Positions 1-13,943 are shown, numbered from the whole stretch's first letter. The stretch: DNA of 52,196 nucleotides, filler included, from Basidiobolus ranarum (GCA_040143965.1; 2 parts of 2 records of this genome joined end to end with filler, not necessarily neighbours in it); one strand, 5' to 3'. Translations and numbers: made by a program. The notes: generated by a model from the sequence alone, not told the origin.

Positions 1-1590
1 GGTATGGCTCCGCCACCACCACCCCCTGGTGCACCTCGAGGTGGACCATTACTAGGTGGTCGCCGTCGCAAGCAGGTCAAGTGGGTTTCAAAGAATAAAC
101 TCAAGCAGCTCCAGTGGGAGAAACTTGCGGATCATTCAGTATCTAAAACCGTATGGGGATACCGTCAATCCGAGATTGTAACCCAGGAAGATCGCTTAGG
201 TCAAGCGTTCGATGAGAACGGTGTATTTAATGAAATTGAAGATCTATTCCCGGCTAGAGTTATAGAGGTCAAGATCAAAGCACCGGTTTTGGAAGAAGAG
301 CCAAAAGAAATTTCGGTATTGAACGCTAAACGAGCCTACAACATGAACATTATGTTGACCCGATTGAAACAATATACTTTCGAAGAAATTAGACTTGCGA
401 TTTTGGGAATGAATGAGACGATTATCACTGAGCAATTACTGAAGCAATTCCTTTCTTTTATTCCTACAGCTGAGGAAAAGGGGTTACTGGCTGAGTTCAA
501 AGACAATACTGAAAATCTAGCTAACCCCGATCGGTTCTTCGTGGAGATGCTCAATATTGATCGGTATGAGCATCGTCTTAAGGCGATGTATTTGAAATAC
601 ACTTTCCCTGAACGTTTCCGCGATCTCAACAACGATTTGACTGCAGTATTTGATGCCTCGATGGCAGTAAAATCTAGTCAGTCTCTACCTAAACTATTAG
701 AGTTGATTTTAGTGATGGGCAACTACATGAATGGAACCGGTTTCCGAGGCGGAGCTTATGGATTCAAAATCAATAGCATCAACAAATTGATCGATACCAA
801 GGACAAAGAGAATCAATATACTTTACTGCACTTTTTAGTAAACTTGATTGAAACAAAGTTCCCAGATATCGCCAAATTCCAAAGCGAATTAAAAGACATC
901 GGAGGAGCCTGTCGTATTTCTTTCCAGGAGATGAGGATCGAACTTCAGGATCTCCACTCTAAGCTCAAAGAGGTTGCCGTCGAGTTAGAAAAGCATCATT
1001 CTGCCCCAGAGAAGGATGATGATCCTTTTGCCAAAACTATGAAAGAATTCATGAACAACGCCCTAGAAGAGTTTAGTAATATGGATGTCAAATTCAAAGC
1101 TATGGAAGTTGCATATCAAGAAATCGTATCCCTCTATGGAGAAGATCCTAAAAGTACCGCGCCCGAGGAGTTCTTTGGTGTTTTCAAGAGTTTTGCCACT
1201 CTATTTAGCAAAGCCTCCAAGGATAATGCTGCCTTACGTGAGAAACAAGCTCAAATCGAAAAGAAGAAGAAACGAGATGAAGAGAAAGAAGTTCTCAAGG
1301 CTCAGAAGAAAGCGAGCCCCGTGCTCGAAGATGTGTCAAGTAACGATGATGAAAAGGGCGTTATGGACAATCTACTCGAGAACCTTCGTAAGGGGAATAG
1401 TGTTGAGGCTACACGAAAGATCCGTAGCCGTGACGATGCAGCAGCACGTCTACGTGATCGTCGTAAGACTCAGCAACGCAGTTCAATATCTTCTCGAGCT
1501 CTACAGATGTTGCATGAGATGAATGAAAACGATGCTCCACCTTTGCCACAAATTCCCGAAACTAATCCCGCCTCTACGCAGGTAAATTAG
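1..1590 (+). CDS. Formin, 5'-partial (end of FH1, FH2, DAD)
   Basis: Polyproline run, FH2 motifs (KLKQLQWEK, LNAKRAYNMNIML, GNYMNG..GGAYGFK) and DAD-like VMDNLLENLRKG followed by a basic stretch. The frame is open from the window start. Confidence 0.95.
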   Translation, partial: GMAPPPPPPGAPRGGPLLGGRRRKQVKWVSKNKLKQLQWEKLADHSVSKTVWGYRQSEIVTQEDRLGQAFDENGVFNEIEDLFPARVIEVKIKAPVLEEEPKEISVLNAKRAYNMNIMLTRLKQYTFEEIRLAILGMNETIITEQLLKQFLSFIPTAEEKGLLAEFKDNTENLANPDRFFVEMLNIDRYEHRLKAMYLKYTFPERFRDLNNDLTAVFDASMAVKSSQSLPKLLELILVMGNYMNGTGFRGGAYGFKINSINKLIDTKDKENQYTLLHFLVNLIETKFPDIAKFQSELKDIGGACRISFQEMRIELQDLHSKLKEVAVELEKHHSAPEKDDDPFAKTMKEFMNNALEEFSNMDVKFKAMEVAYQEIVSLYGEDPKSTAPEEFFGVFKSFATLFSKASKDNAALREKQAQIEKKKKRDEEKEVLKAQKKASPVLEDVSSNDDEKGVMDNLLENLRKGNSVEATRKIRSRDDAAARLRDRRKTQQRSSISSRALQMLHEMNENDAPPLPQIPETNPASTQVN

Positions 1591-2497
1591 GGAAACATCT
1601 CGCAAGATTCTCAATATTAGATAGTTTAATCTCCTCACGTCATAACACATAAATCTTTATACTTTTCTTCAATTTATCCTATTTATTTAACCATTTTGCT
1701 TAAAACTAATCCAGAAAACCCCACTTTATCCCTCTTGTTAAAAATTTGACCTTAATCCTCACTCACAGTTCACATTTATATATTGGAATGCCAAGTTTAC
1801 GCAACATTGTATTATATCGGAATAATTTCAGGATCATATATTGAATTCGATTAAATGACTTTCAGTAATAATCCCTAGACAACACATAGTACGATAATGC
1901 TTCTAAATTTTTAAAACGATGATTGAACATATGATTTTGGTATTTACAGATAATTTATTTATAAAATTTAGATAACGGATATGTAACCTAGGTAAGTAAT
2001 ATACGTTAGAGAGCAATTCACAAGAGGCAAATAGTGTCGAGTATTGAAAGGATCAGATAGTTTAGAAAATAGATGTATTCACGTAGCGGGGTCTTACGCC
2101 GCCTCAGAAACACGGACCAAACAATATTCATCATATTGCAAGAATTAAAAGAGAATTCAAAATTATATCTTACCTATTATACAGCAACGAGCAGATCGTG
2201 AAGGGTGAGTATGAATGGTACACGTCCAGTCCTTATATAAGCCTATTTAAGCAGGGAGCCCTGGCTGCGTTATTTTTTTTTATCGATTATTTTCAAAATA
2301 GATAATTATTGGTTCTGATGATTCTAATTTTGATAGTACTCTACTGGTGACATTAAATGATCGATCTGGATAATTTTGGGTTTCAATCACGTGGCCTTCC
2401 ATGACCTTCTCACGCGCAAAAGAAATATGAAAGGATTTACCTTGAACTATTTAACTTGCATAGAATACACACGGTTAATTTAGAAGCTATTGAAGCC

Positions 2498-3319
2498 ATG
2501 TCGAATAAAAGAAATGCAGACCAACTGAATTCAGATACCAACTATGCTTCTTCCACTGCACCAGTAGAAGGTTCAGTAGATCCAACTGCTGCTCAATATG
2601 GATATAGTTACGATTATTCTGCTTACCAAGGGGCAGATCCTAACTACTACTCTCAATATGGATACTACCCAACCTCATATTATTCTTCAACCGCATATAC
2701 TCCCAGCACTTCATATTATACCCCACCTTCGCTTCCTTTAGGGTACGATCAAGGCTCTTACGTACCTCCTGAGCAACAAGATAAAGAAAACAGTAAAAAG
2801 AAGAAAAAAGCTATATACAGAGCAGCTGCTGGTGAGGTATGGGAAGACCAAACTTTAGGGGAGTGGGAAGACAGTATGTATCGATTTATTATAGGTAAAC
2901 TAAAGATACAATATGGGTACTAAGTATTTTATACACGCGTATATAGATGATTATCGACTATTTGCTGGAGATCTTGGTAATGAAGTAACCGAAGAAATGC
3001 TGGAAAAAGCTTTTTCAAAGTATCCTAGTTTACTTAAAGTGAAAGTAGTTCGGGATAAACGTTCCACCAAATCTAAAGGTTATGGTTTCCTAAGTTTTCA
3101 CGACCCAACTGATTTTGCTAAAGCTTGGAAAGAAATGAATGGTAAGGATGTACTTCAAATAAGATAAATTTCAACGAATACTAATTACTGAATCATTGTA
3201 TACTTTCATTGATGTTAGGTAAATATGTGGGTAATCGACCAATTAAACTTCGTAAAAGTACTTGGAAAGACCGTAATATGGATGTAAAGCGCAAGAAAGA
3301 ACTCTCAAGACGTTCATAA
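2498..3319 (+). CDS. RBM42: RBM42-like RRM RNA-binding protein; exons 2498-2873, 2947-3141, 3219-3319
   Basis: Spliced product reads RAAAGEVWEDQTLGEWEDNDYRLFAGDLGNEV...KSKGYGFLSF...EMNGKYVGNRPIKLRKSTWKDR, the RBM42 signature. Both introns are GT-AG and keep frame. Confidence 0.93.
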
Positions 3320-3840
3320 ATTTGACTGATCGATTCTCAATCATTCTGACGTTGCTCTCAAAGCAATAGCTTTTGTAAACCTTTCCTCCACATCAATTCG
3401 TTTTAGAGTGCTGTGACGTTTCGTGTAATTTATAGAATTTAATCAGCACAAAGTTCAGGTCAAATCCTACGTGTGTATGTGAGAGTAATGTGCCATTCGA
3501 GGTGGTGCGAGACCAAGGTTATGAAATAAACATACTGTTATGAAGTATCCCAATTAAGCACGACAAATGCATGCTAGACTGCTCTATTCCATTCTGTTTG
3601 GTGAAGTATTTACGAATAAAAGCCAGGGAATTTTTATGATTGGAGGAGAGGACAGGCTATTTGTATAAGGCGATAGGTTAACCCGAGAGGATTCCCAAGA
3701 CTTTTCTACGATAAATCGATAGCGAGTTATGGTTCGAGAAGTGAAGGTCGCGATTTATCGAAATCTTTTTCCTTTAAATAACAACATTGCTTCAACACAT
3801 CGCGACTTATCTTTGACTCCCTACTCATATTATTGTCATT

Positions 3841-4116
3841 ATGTCATACGAACCTACTTTACCAAATCCAATTGTCAGTCCAAGTCTTCCCCCCAATGTG
3901 TACAACCATATTTCTGGTGAGGACATGATGGATTTCCAAACTGGTGATAATGCCTCCACGTACTCCAACACGAACGGATATCTCACCCCCACCCCTTCCA
4001 TCTCTTCACTTGACTCCACTCTGAGTGACAACTCCATAGCAGAGGAACCAGAAGAGAAGGAAACCAACCGAGCCAAGAAGAGAAAGATCGTGTTAAACTG
4101 TGCAAGTGGTCTATAA
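3841..4116 (+). CDS. Small low-complexity hypothetical protein (91 aa)
   Basis: ATG-initiated Ser/Pro/acidic ORF with YLTPTPS and a basic RAKKRK patch. AT-rich TATA-like element about 65 nt upstream. No family recognised. Confidence 0.5.
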   Translation: MSYEPTLPNPIVSPSLPPNVYNHISGEDMMDFQTGDNASTYSNTNGYLTPTPSISSLDSTLSDNSIAEEPEEKETNRAKKRKIVLNCASGL

Positions 4117-4716
4117 CAACCATTCTTATATCACTTCCTCAGTGATGCGATATCGTCCGACGTTAACCCAAATTCAGTTGTTACTTTCATGGATCATATG
4201 TATATATATCTTGGATATTTTGGATTTACCTTGAAACTTTCTTTTGAATCCAAGGATTTCATTTTCTTTGTGAAAGGACGTATTGAATGTTTTTGATTTC
4301 ATTATATAAACAAAATCCAGATCCAGGTCCAAAGCCACTTTCAAAATTGATATTTTGAACATGAGAAATGACCCAAATCAATTGATTTCCCATGATTTAT
4401 ATCAAGTGGAAGAATGGAATTGAATGATTTCCCATGGTTTATATATAATCCATTTCTTATGTACAAAAATTCGTAATGTAAAGGAATGAGTAGAGAGGCA
4501 TCAAATCAAGAGAAAAAAACAAAGGTCTACAATGGGATTAGGAAGTGTAAGTATAGTATTTACTACATACTATGGATAAATTGTTAGGGGGATTATTTAA
4601 AAATTGCTCCGATCCTGGAAAGGTTCATGGGCTGTAAGTAGTGTCAGTACCACTATCACTATCACTACTAATCGATCTTGCACCGAATCCACACTGCCAT
4701 CCTCACTTCATTCGGC

Positions 4717-7700
4717 TCACTGGATTGTAAGTAGGATTCTGGCCAGCCGTTCTACCAGAAACACATGGTAAGGGAGGCAATTTGCCCAAAATGAGCCGTA
4801 ATTGAGGTGGGAAAGGGCATGATACTGCTTAAGTAAGTTTCGAAGAATGGCTGTAGCTTGTAGATGATTGATGATAGAGGGCGTATGTTCAGATTCCATG
4901 GATGCGATATTAGGAAAAGCGCGGTAATACAACATATGAACCTAACAATAACAAAGCTCGTTAATATTCCCATCAATGCCAATTTTTGAATGAATCTTGT
5001 TCTTACTTCAACTGCTTTGGGCTCAAATACTTGCTTTTCACGTAGTTCCGAGCCACTCTTGGGTGGAACTTCTATTAGTGAACCGGATGCAAGGGGGAGT
5101 AAGCTAGAATCACTACTCAAAGGAGTTCGGTGATTCCATAGCAACGCGTATGTGGACCCAGAAGAGGTTTCTAAAATTTCAGGTCGATTCCCAGGTATTT
5201 CTCCCGCTTCCTCCATGGTATTTTCGATGATATCGTCGTCAGGGAAAAGTTTAAATGGTGAATCCAGATCTATGCAATTAACAGTAAGATAGAGATAAGG
5301 CCCATTTTTCGTGATTTCTTTCCACTCTGAGATGGTTAAAGGCAAAGTTTAGTCACGTCGCGTTACAATAATACAAAACTACATCCAAGTTAAATACCTG
5401 CTAGTTCGAAGTGTGGCATGAGTCCAAGTCGACCTATGTGAACGGTCCAGAACATTCCATTGTCAGAGATCATCCCACACGTTGTTTGCCATAGTCGACG
5501 AGCAGCGGTTGCGAATGATTTACGGTCAGTAAGCTCATATGTGGCTTGTTCTAACAGTCCGCCTTGCCCATCGGTCCATACGGAGAACATCCATTTCTGG
5601 TCAAAACTATAACTATAAGCAACATGGAGATCTCTTTCAGGATTCATGAGAGTATGTCGAGTGTTGACTATGGGTTTGAATGAATAATGGACTGTGGGGG
5701 GAGTAATCTTGGCCAATACATAGGCAGGAAGATAAACCCTCGTTTTGGGGACGGTTGCTGGATTAGAGGCTGGATTCATGGGTCGGCTTAGGTATTGTCG
5801 GCACCGATTGTAAACCGAGAATGCGATCTCTTTTAAACCAAATCGCTGATAGCCTCCAAATGAACTTGCACGAAGAATATGCTCAGCTGGAATGATTTGA
5901 AGAACAAGCTGATCTATAAGTCCAGGCGCTCCGCCGCATTGAGCAACGAGCTCATTATAAATATGGCAGAGTTCGAAATACGAAGAAGGCTCTGAAAAAG
6001 GATTCACTAAATATACAATAATATACGGGCTATCTTGTGGTCCATTCAATTTCAAGCTACGAGCAAGGTTTTGACAGGCAGCCAAGTAGCCACTAAGTCT
6101 TCGATTACCGGGTCCAGTACAAAAGGGGGCAGGAATTAGGCCACCTCGCAGGCCTTCGAGATGTCCTGGGGTATGTCCACCAAGGGAGGAAGCTTCGTAG
6201 ACTGCTCCAAGTTGCGTAAAAAACCATTGGGCCGAGTTTTCCATAGCTTGTCCCTCTGGATAAATAGCAAACCAGGACACCTTTTTCTTACCTCCGTACG
6301 GCTCAAGATTCATTTTTTCCCAAAAACGAAGGATCAAAGGTGACGCTTGTATACATTCTTCATTGTGGTTCACGATAATGTCAGGGGACGTTAGCGAGTC
6401 TAGTACGGGCTCTTGAGATTTTCTTTTTTTTACTTGATATTTTCCATATTTGGCTTGAGTTTGATTGACATCACAGAGCTCAAGGTACTGCTGTACTGAC
6501 AACGGTCCTCGCAATGAAAGCATTTCCTGTTGAGACATCTCATTTGTGTACGTAAACATCCCTCCAAGAACCTTTTTCAAGAAGGGGACGGCTCTGAGGG
6601 CGAAGTCTGGTAATGGTTCACTCGAGTTGTTAAATTTGGCAGGGTTTTTAGCAAGTGTACGTGATATATAATTGTATCGTTCGGCAATCAGCATGGTGCA
6701 TTCTCCATCAATGGCTTCTCCTCCATTAGCAGTGAAATCAACTATTCCTCCTCCAAATGGATAATTGCCCATGGTTGTCTGTTGACACAATCTTTCAACA
6801 GCCATCAGATACTGGAATTTATTTAGCACCAGTCCATCGGATAGGGCATATCGAAATTCAGTTGGTGTTGCAACTAAAGTCGTTTGACCTCGTGGTTCGT
6901 TTTCCTCTATAACGCCGAATACCAACGACCAGTTTAAGTTCAATTTCATCTCTTCGGTTTGTCTAGATTTCATGAGGTTGAACACCGGCAGCAACTCATT
7001 GGCCCGTGGTTGAAACCGGTCCATCAAAATCATGTAACGAGCACTGTTAACTGTTTGATTGTGAGTTACGGGGGTTGTACCGTCGTCATCGGAACTGATC
7101 GCACCTTCATCTTCGCTACTTTCTTCTTCACTGGCGCTGCTGCTATCATTGCTACTTTCAGAACTACTATCAGATACGCTTAAGGGGCGAGGGTCAGTGG
7201 GATTCCTAACGCCAGATCCGACTTTATAATTGTACATGGAATTCATTCCACTTTTAGCTTTGTATACTTTTTTCTTAGTTTTCAAGTATCCAGGGCGTCT
7301 AATTCTGGGGTGAGAGTTCGCAGTGTAAACGATTCGTCTCATGCGAACACGATGACAAGGCTTAAAGCCAAATCTTCCCCCTTCACGGTACTTATTTACA
7401 TCAAAAGTGATCCCTTTAATGGGGGAGTATTCTGAAGGAAGATGAGGATCATAAGACTCATAAGAGACTTCGTCCACCACAAACACTTCCGAGCTTTCAG
7501 ATGGATCTTTTTTGACCACAGTATCAGGGATTGGTGTGGAGTCCAAAGCATTCTCCACTACTTCGGTGACGGGAGTTTTGTAGGCCAAAGTGGGAGTCAT
7601 TACCGAATCTGCTAAAACGGGTTCCTCTTTGATTGAGAGTGAAGGAGTGGCCGAGAGCTTTTCGTCACAATTAGAGTCTAGGCTGGGGTTTTGATTGATG

Positions 7701-10192
7701 AGAGGGACAGAGTGTCCATTGGGATTCTCATTGAACATGTCCAAGTTTCCGAATTCACCAGACATCATCATATTGTTGCCCGTAGATTGTGTAGGGAGCT
7801 TAGGCTGTGGGTGGCAAATGAGGCAAAAAGTTAGTAAATGACTTCACTCGAGTAGCTCCAAGAATGGTGCTTTACCTCGTCAAAAAAGTTGAAATCATCA
7901 TCAGTAACCATCATGTTATCCAGATCAGAATAGCCGTAGCTTGACATCATCATGGTATCCATCATCATCGGGTCCATGTCAAGCATCCCCGGGAAAGAGT
8001 TAAGATCTGAAGACAATCCATTTTCTACCACCATATCGTCCGTATTTGCAGCGTCGGGAGTAGACAGGCTACCAGGAGTTGTGAAGTGGCCAGATGTGGC
8101 AGTACTGCAGATGAGAAAGCTGGTAAGATTAAAATGAAGTTGATGCGTAACTTGAAAGCACAATTACCTTGAGCCAATGGCCATGTCCATCGCGATGGGC
8201 GCAGAAGTGGGTTGAAACATATTCTCCACCTTCACATGTGCATCATTGACGGTGGTGGATCCATCATTCAGCCTCGTGGATTCGGTGTTGGGATTCTCTT
8301 TAACAACTCGGTATTTAGACTGTATGGCCTCAAGCTCTTCTGGTGGAATCTGCTCGTCCTGAAGAGCACATCGTGCTAGACTCTCGTGCACTATGCTTTC
8401 GCAGTCATTTCGATAGTCCCACAATAAGTGATTATTTGAAGAGTTAACTGTGCGATGTTCAATAAGAAATTTGAACAAAGTAGGAACTGAAGGGAAATCG
8501 CCAGATTTAGCTGCCTCAATAAGAATGGATCGAGTAATATCGGGATTACCCTCCTCAAGAGGATTTAACTTGTCTGAATAAAATGAAGGATGCGCGATAT
8601 TCTCTTTCCACCCGTATCTTCTGAGCTTTTCACTGGTATCTTCGCTGATTCCCTGGAGTTCAGAATCAAAGTGGATTCCAAAATCTGAGTAGTGTTCATG
8701 CTTTGTGTCATTAACAAAGACAAAATAGGTTGGACAAAACCCAACCTTCTGGCTTTGTTGTAGCTTAACGGAGACAACCGGAGGTAGATGGCAATTCGCT
8801 TTAGCATGTTCCTCTAATATTTCCATAGGAACACCGGTCAATAACGACCATTCTTGAAATGTATCATGTCGATCGTAAGACTGTTCCATTGGTGCATGCA
8901 GGACTCCAGTAACTCCATGAGGGGCTATTAAGACTATATCAAGGCATACTTCGATTAACGTGGGGCCCAAAGCATATAAATAATAGACACCATTTTTACC
9001 TTCGATCTCCTCTCGTTTGTGTTGGTCATTATTGTTAGAAAATTTGGAATTGATGTCGTTGGTATTGGTTGAATTTTTCTCGGGTGGATTGGTATTTTCC
9101 ATACTGCTAAGTTTAGCAATATCTTCCATGTTTAATGGCCGAATTTGACATCTTTTGATAATAGGTTGAAAAACAAGATTAGTGAAGGATAGATGGATTT
9201 TGAAAGTGCATGATGTTGCTCTACAAGTAAGAATGGTTGTTAGATTAGAATAGCCGATTGGTGAGTGAATCCAAGTAACATTAATTTACTGAGTAGATAA
9301 AGGCTGCTTTGTACTGTTCATATCATCTACCGATGTACATATTGGAGCTGGGAGAATATGTGCCTCCCCTAGCCTAATAGCACCGTTCAGAGCCATTCTC
9401 CTACAACCGAATAAAGGTTAATAAAGCTTTTTGAAAACTTGAAGGATTAGTAACCAAGAACCTTTCTATAACATTGAGAAGCGCGTTTATAAATAGTTGA
9501 TATTCAAGTGGTGTGTTTGTGGGAGAATCAGAACCACGTAGAGCAGTTAGCGAATTCCCATTAGAGGGAACCAAAGCATCCCAATTAAAAAAACCAGATT
9601 GAATTTCTATAAGCAGAACAAATGAGTTTAAATGAGCTAATTTAAAAGAATAAAAACTTTCGATGATTGAAGTACCTTGCAAAGAAGATAACGTATCATT
9701 ATGAGAACCAGAGGGATCGAATAGCCAAAATACCCAGAGTTCGCGAATAACTTTACTTGGATCGGGTGGTGCGGCTGCGGCAAGTGGTATTGTATACCTC
9801 CACAAAGCCGGGACGCCAGCATCCAACAAAGAAATATATGCGGAAATTAAGGGATCTTCAGAAAAACAACCAGGAGAGACAGCGGTATTTATAGAGTTTT
9901 TTTGCTGTACAAAAGAAGAGAGTACAGTTTGAGAACAGGTCCAAGTATAACGTTGCCATTTGATTTGTGAAATTCCAGCCTTTGGATTGAAACAACACGT
10001 TAATTTCACGTTTTAAAAGAGCAGGTGAGAAAAAATATGTAGTATAAGTCATATTGCTGCAAAGTACTCTTTTGAGAAAAGACATATGGCAAGATCAAAG
10101 AAATTGGTACTAATTGGTTTTCTTGAGAGAGAAAATGGGAGTAATGAACATACCACTGTAAGTATGTTTGTCAAACTATTTTCAGTCAACAT
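4717..10192 (-). CDS. MED13: Mediator kinase-module subunit 13 (multi-exon)
   Basis: N-terminal MLTENSLTNILTV|AGISQIKWQRY and ELWVFW; VTDDDFNFFDE; LRFWEKMNLEPYGGKK; VYLVNPF; IAFSVYNRC; LHVAYSYSFDQKW; C-terminal QYHALSHL..CLPYH. Exons are joined by GT-AG introns. Confidence 0.92.
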
Positions 10193-11008
10193 CGCGTGGA
10201 AAATGCATTTATAGACCACAGTCTTTTAGAAGGTGGTAATCTACACGATTTACGTTCTGTTATGACTGACTAGATAAAATATCCAAGAATCGATTACTAG
10301 CAATGTTTTCGAGGGGTTGATAATAATTTCCCCAGCTATCCATTACACAAAATTCTTTAGAACTACTCAAGATTGAATTAATCTTAGTGCTAAGGATCTT
10401 CAATCAAGTTAGTCAACAATTCCAGCCGAGATACATAACTTAAGCTCAAATTGTATTTTGACTAGAGGTGGCAGAAAACCAGGAAAATCAAGTTATCCAA
10501 ATCAAGCTCAATGTGAGAGAACATCACTCACAGAGGAGCCAACTAATATTGCAATATACATGTACATTTGTCAGTATATGGAGCGCAAAGGGTGCGTATG
10601 AAAGGATGCGAAAAAGCAGCGGCATAACTGGTAGAGATAAGTCAGAGATTGTTACTCAAACTAAAGCTGTAGTATATGTATATAGGCAAGTCTGCTAACT
10701 CGTACCAGTCATTACTAGTTTAGGTATACTACGAAGCTGGTCAAGTGCATTTACTGGACATTATGTATTTGGTAGCTTGTCATAATTCATTTATCCATAT
10801 CTAGTACAACTCTATCAATGCATATAATCAGGATAGTACAATCAATCAATCTACGGATATAACAACTAGTATAAGATCAGGGCGGAGATCAGAAGGAAGA
10901 TCAATAAAAAGCATTTTATGATAACGAATAGAAGAAAGGAAGATGCAAAATTCTTTCTACAGCACATGTAATCAGATCTAATGTAACCAATGCAAATTCA
11001 TCTAAATC

Positions 11009-11911
11009 TCAGATCGGTAGCTTAGCATATTCCAAAACTTCTAAACAAAATCGATCCAAGGTATGTTTGGTCAAGGTATGTTTGGTATGCGGGTGTGTAG
11101 AAGCCCCTGGGCTTGAAGAGTTTTGTAATAGCTCAAGCTTCTGACGCCAAGCGTGTTCATATCTGTGCTCATTGCTATCAAGATCTCGGCATATAGTAAT
11201 CAGGGTATCAAATTGCGATGACTTCTGTGAGTGAGGGTTGCCATGGATCTTGCTTAGCGGGAATGTTGGGAGTAGCAGCTCAGATAGCGCGGGTAGGCGA
11301 ACATCAGATGAGTTGTTCTTTGTAGGTTTCGGAAGAGAAGTCAAAGCGAAATCAAGGGAGCTCTCGAGCTGTTCAGGTGAAGGTGATGGTGATGGCTCCG
11401 TGTAGTATTGATGATCTATAGGGGATTGCTCGTAGTCTTGATGCTGTCGTTCGCGCGACTTCCTCCTGTTGATTCTCTTGTCGATTTCGTCTTGAATCCA
11501 CATTTGCTTCTCCGGACTTGAATCTGGGCCAAACTTAACCTTCGCCAAACGATAGACTCGGCAGCGGGTATCGTTGTCTTTGTCTAAAGAGAGTAAAAGT
11601 TAGGATCGTCAATTAGTTGGAGTTTGTACAGATGCCCTTACTTTTCTCCGCATTTTCTGCTCGCCATTTTCTCATGCGCTCTGACAGTTCCTGGCGTGAG
11701 GGGTTTTTTCTCTCATGGTCTTTCCACCGTTTCTGATCCCTTGTGCGCTCGTAAGGCTTGTTGTGGATATTCGGATTCTCCATGTGTCGACGAAGGTTAG
11801 ATTTAGTGGTGAACTCTATATCGAAATGGTTAGAAGAATGCTCGGCGCTGTTCAATGGTAAATCGATATACCTTTGTGGCACTCGATACAACGGAAGGAT
11901 TCAATGTCCAT
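11009..11911 (-). CDS. C2H2-like zinc finger plus DUF3020-type protein (3 exons)
   Basis: Spliced MDIESFRCIECHKEFTTKSNLRRHMENPNIH, then RMRKWRAENAEKNKDNDTRCRVYRLAKVKFGPDSSPEKQMWIQDEIDKR (fungal DUF3020 pattern). First intron 11871-11816. Confidence 0.85.
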
Positions 11912-12661
11912 CTGGTATAAAACTGATCTAATGAAGCTGAATACTGAAGAAGGCAGAGAAGCGACTTTTATGTAAAAGAGTAAAATACAAGTACATGCAA
12001 GCATGGGGGTGTTATTAATGGCGATCTTGACAATCCCAAAACCTATTTATCGGAGATATTTCCTTTGCACCAAAACAATTCCAGCTTCTTTGCGAAAACA
12101 AACAAGCAAATACTATCGGAGGATTTCACTAGAGTTGTGGTGGCCAGCTCATTGTCAAGCCTCAATCAACTCCAACATATCTTTGCCTACGACGATCATT
12201 TCTTCCTACGGACTGGATTGTTTCATTCACCTGTTTTGCGAACCTTCCTGGCCCTTCACTGTCCAATAACACCGCAATGATATCCAAGGCTGTGAAGATC
12301 AAAAGACTGCTTATTCCGCACGCGCGTTGAAATCCTCATCCAACTACTACCGCTATAACATCAACAAACATTGTGGTTGACTATTTATTAGACAATGCAT
12401 ATACTCAGGTAGCTTGATCTGTGTATAAATACCATTGGGATTGGCCTCCTTCTACGCCAATATCCTGTCCACACATTGGATTGCGATTGATTCACCAGAC
12501 TCACTGGATTAACCGGATTCGCTACAATTTAGTGTAATATATCACTTGTCATTATCTTGGCTGGGGAGATAATCGTACATGCCACATTACACATGTGATC
12601 ACTAAATAAAATATAAAACGTACCACTCAACCATAGTTAGCTCCTATTCAATCTAACTACA

Positions 12662-13603
12662 ATGGTTGACGCCAACTACTCTAAGATAAGCCTACCTTCC
12701 AAAAGTGCCCTCTCTCGGAAGAGAGTGGTGCTAGTTGTGAGTGTCTTCATTTCACTCATCTTCCTGACCTTCCTTTTGCATAACACTTATCGGCCCCAAT
12801 TTGGGCTAGCTGACGAGCAAGTAGTTGCACCGGATGAAGTTGGTATTATTGCCAAAGTAAAGCCCTCTGAGATTGCAATAGTCATGGCTTACGATGATAA
12901 AGAAACACACTATCTCCCCCGTTCTAGACAGAATAAGGAAGAGTATGCTATAAAGCATGGATACAAGTTTCTACAAGACGGCGTTTATGACAAATCTCGA
13001 GGACCCGTAAGTACTAGCTCATTATTCCTACGAGTTCTCTTTAAGACTAAAATCATTCAATAGGCATGGGGGAAAATCTTGACTCTTCGTAAATTCATGA
13101 AAATGTATCCTTCAATCAAATGGTTTTGGTGGATTGACGTAGATACTGTTCTCATGGACTCGACGATAGCCTTGGAGGATCACGTACTAGTGAACATAAC
13201 TAACCCTGAATACTCTCACAAAGATATGATTATAGCATATGATTGTAACGGGTTCAACGCTGGGAGCTTTTTTATTCGAAATACCCCTTGGTCACTCGAC
13301 TTCCTTGCCAAGATTTATCAACCTCAATATAGTACGAGGTTTGGGTACGCTGAACAAGGGGCTATGCAGCATTTGTATGAAACTTCCTTAGAGGTTGCCG
13401 AACATTTCTACTTTGTTCCACAGAATACCATTAATGCATTTCCAGAAGAGGCTTGTGGAGACGAAGATGGAATCCATGCCTTTAAAGAGGGGGATTTCAT
13501 TGTACATCTTGCTGGCTGTTGGGTCGGAAGTCGAAACAATTGTGTTCAGCGCTTTAATGAATATTGGGATCGCAGAATCCCAGCTAGCCCTGAGCAAGCG
13601 TAA
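12662..13603 (+). CDS. GT34 glycosyltransferase (Mnn10/Gma12-like), type II membrane; intron 13007-13063
   Basis: N-terminal TM helix, NKEEYAIKHGY, AWGKI, WFWWIDVD (DxD), FNAGSFFIRNTPWS, EQGAM, GDFIVHLAGC. Confidence 0.92.
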
Positions 13604-13943
13604 GTTAGGTGAAAGTAGTTCATTGTGTATCTTCTCTATTCTCGACATATAATTATTCAATCACCCAAATCTTAAGTATATAAAGCATTCTTAGCTATAA
13701 CCATAATGCGAATAAAGGTTCCCCTCCCCCCAATCTAATCATTTCAAGTATAGTCCAGTTAGATATAAATGGACTTGCTATTTTCATTGCTGGCAAATCT
13801 CTCGAGAATCAATCACTTGTTTTTGAATTCGTGACTCGGGATCAGGATTAAAATAATTTATTCTGTCATGGCATGTTGGACGAAAAATTTTACTAGATAT
13901 TAATTTGCTTTCCATTCGCATAGCCTGAACAGTAATATCAACC

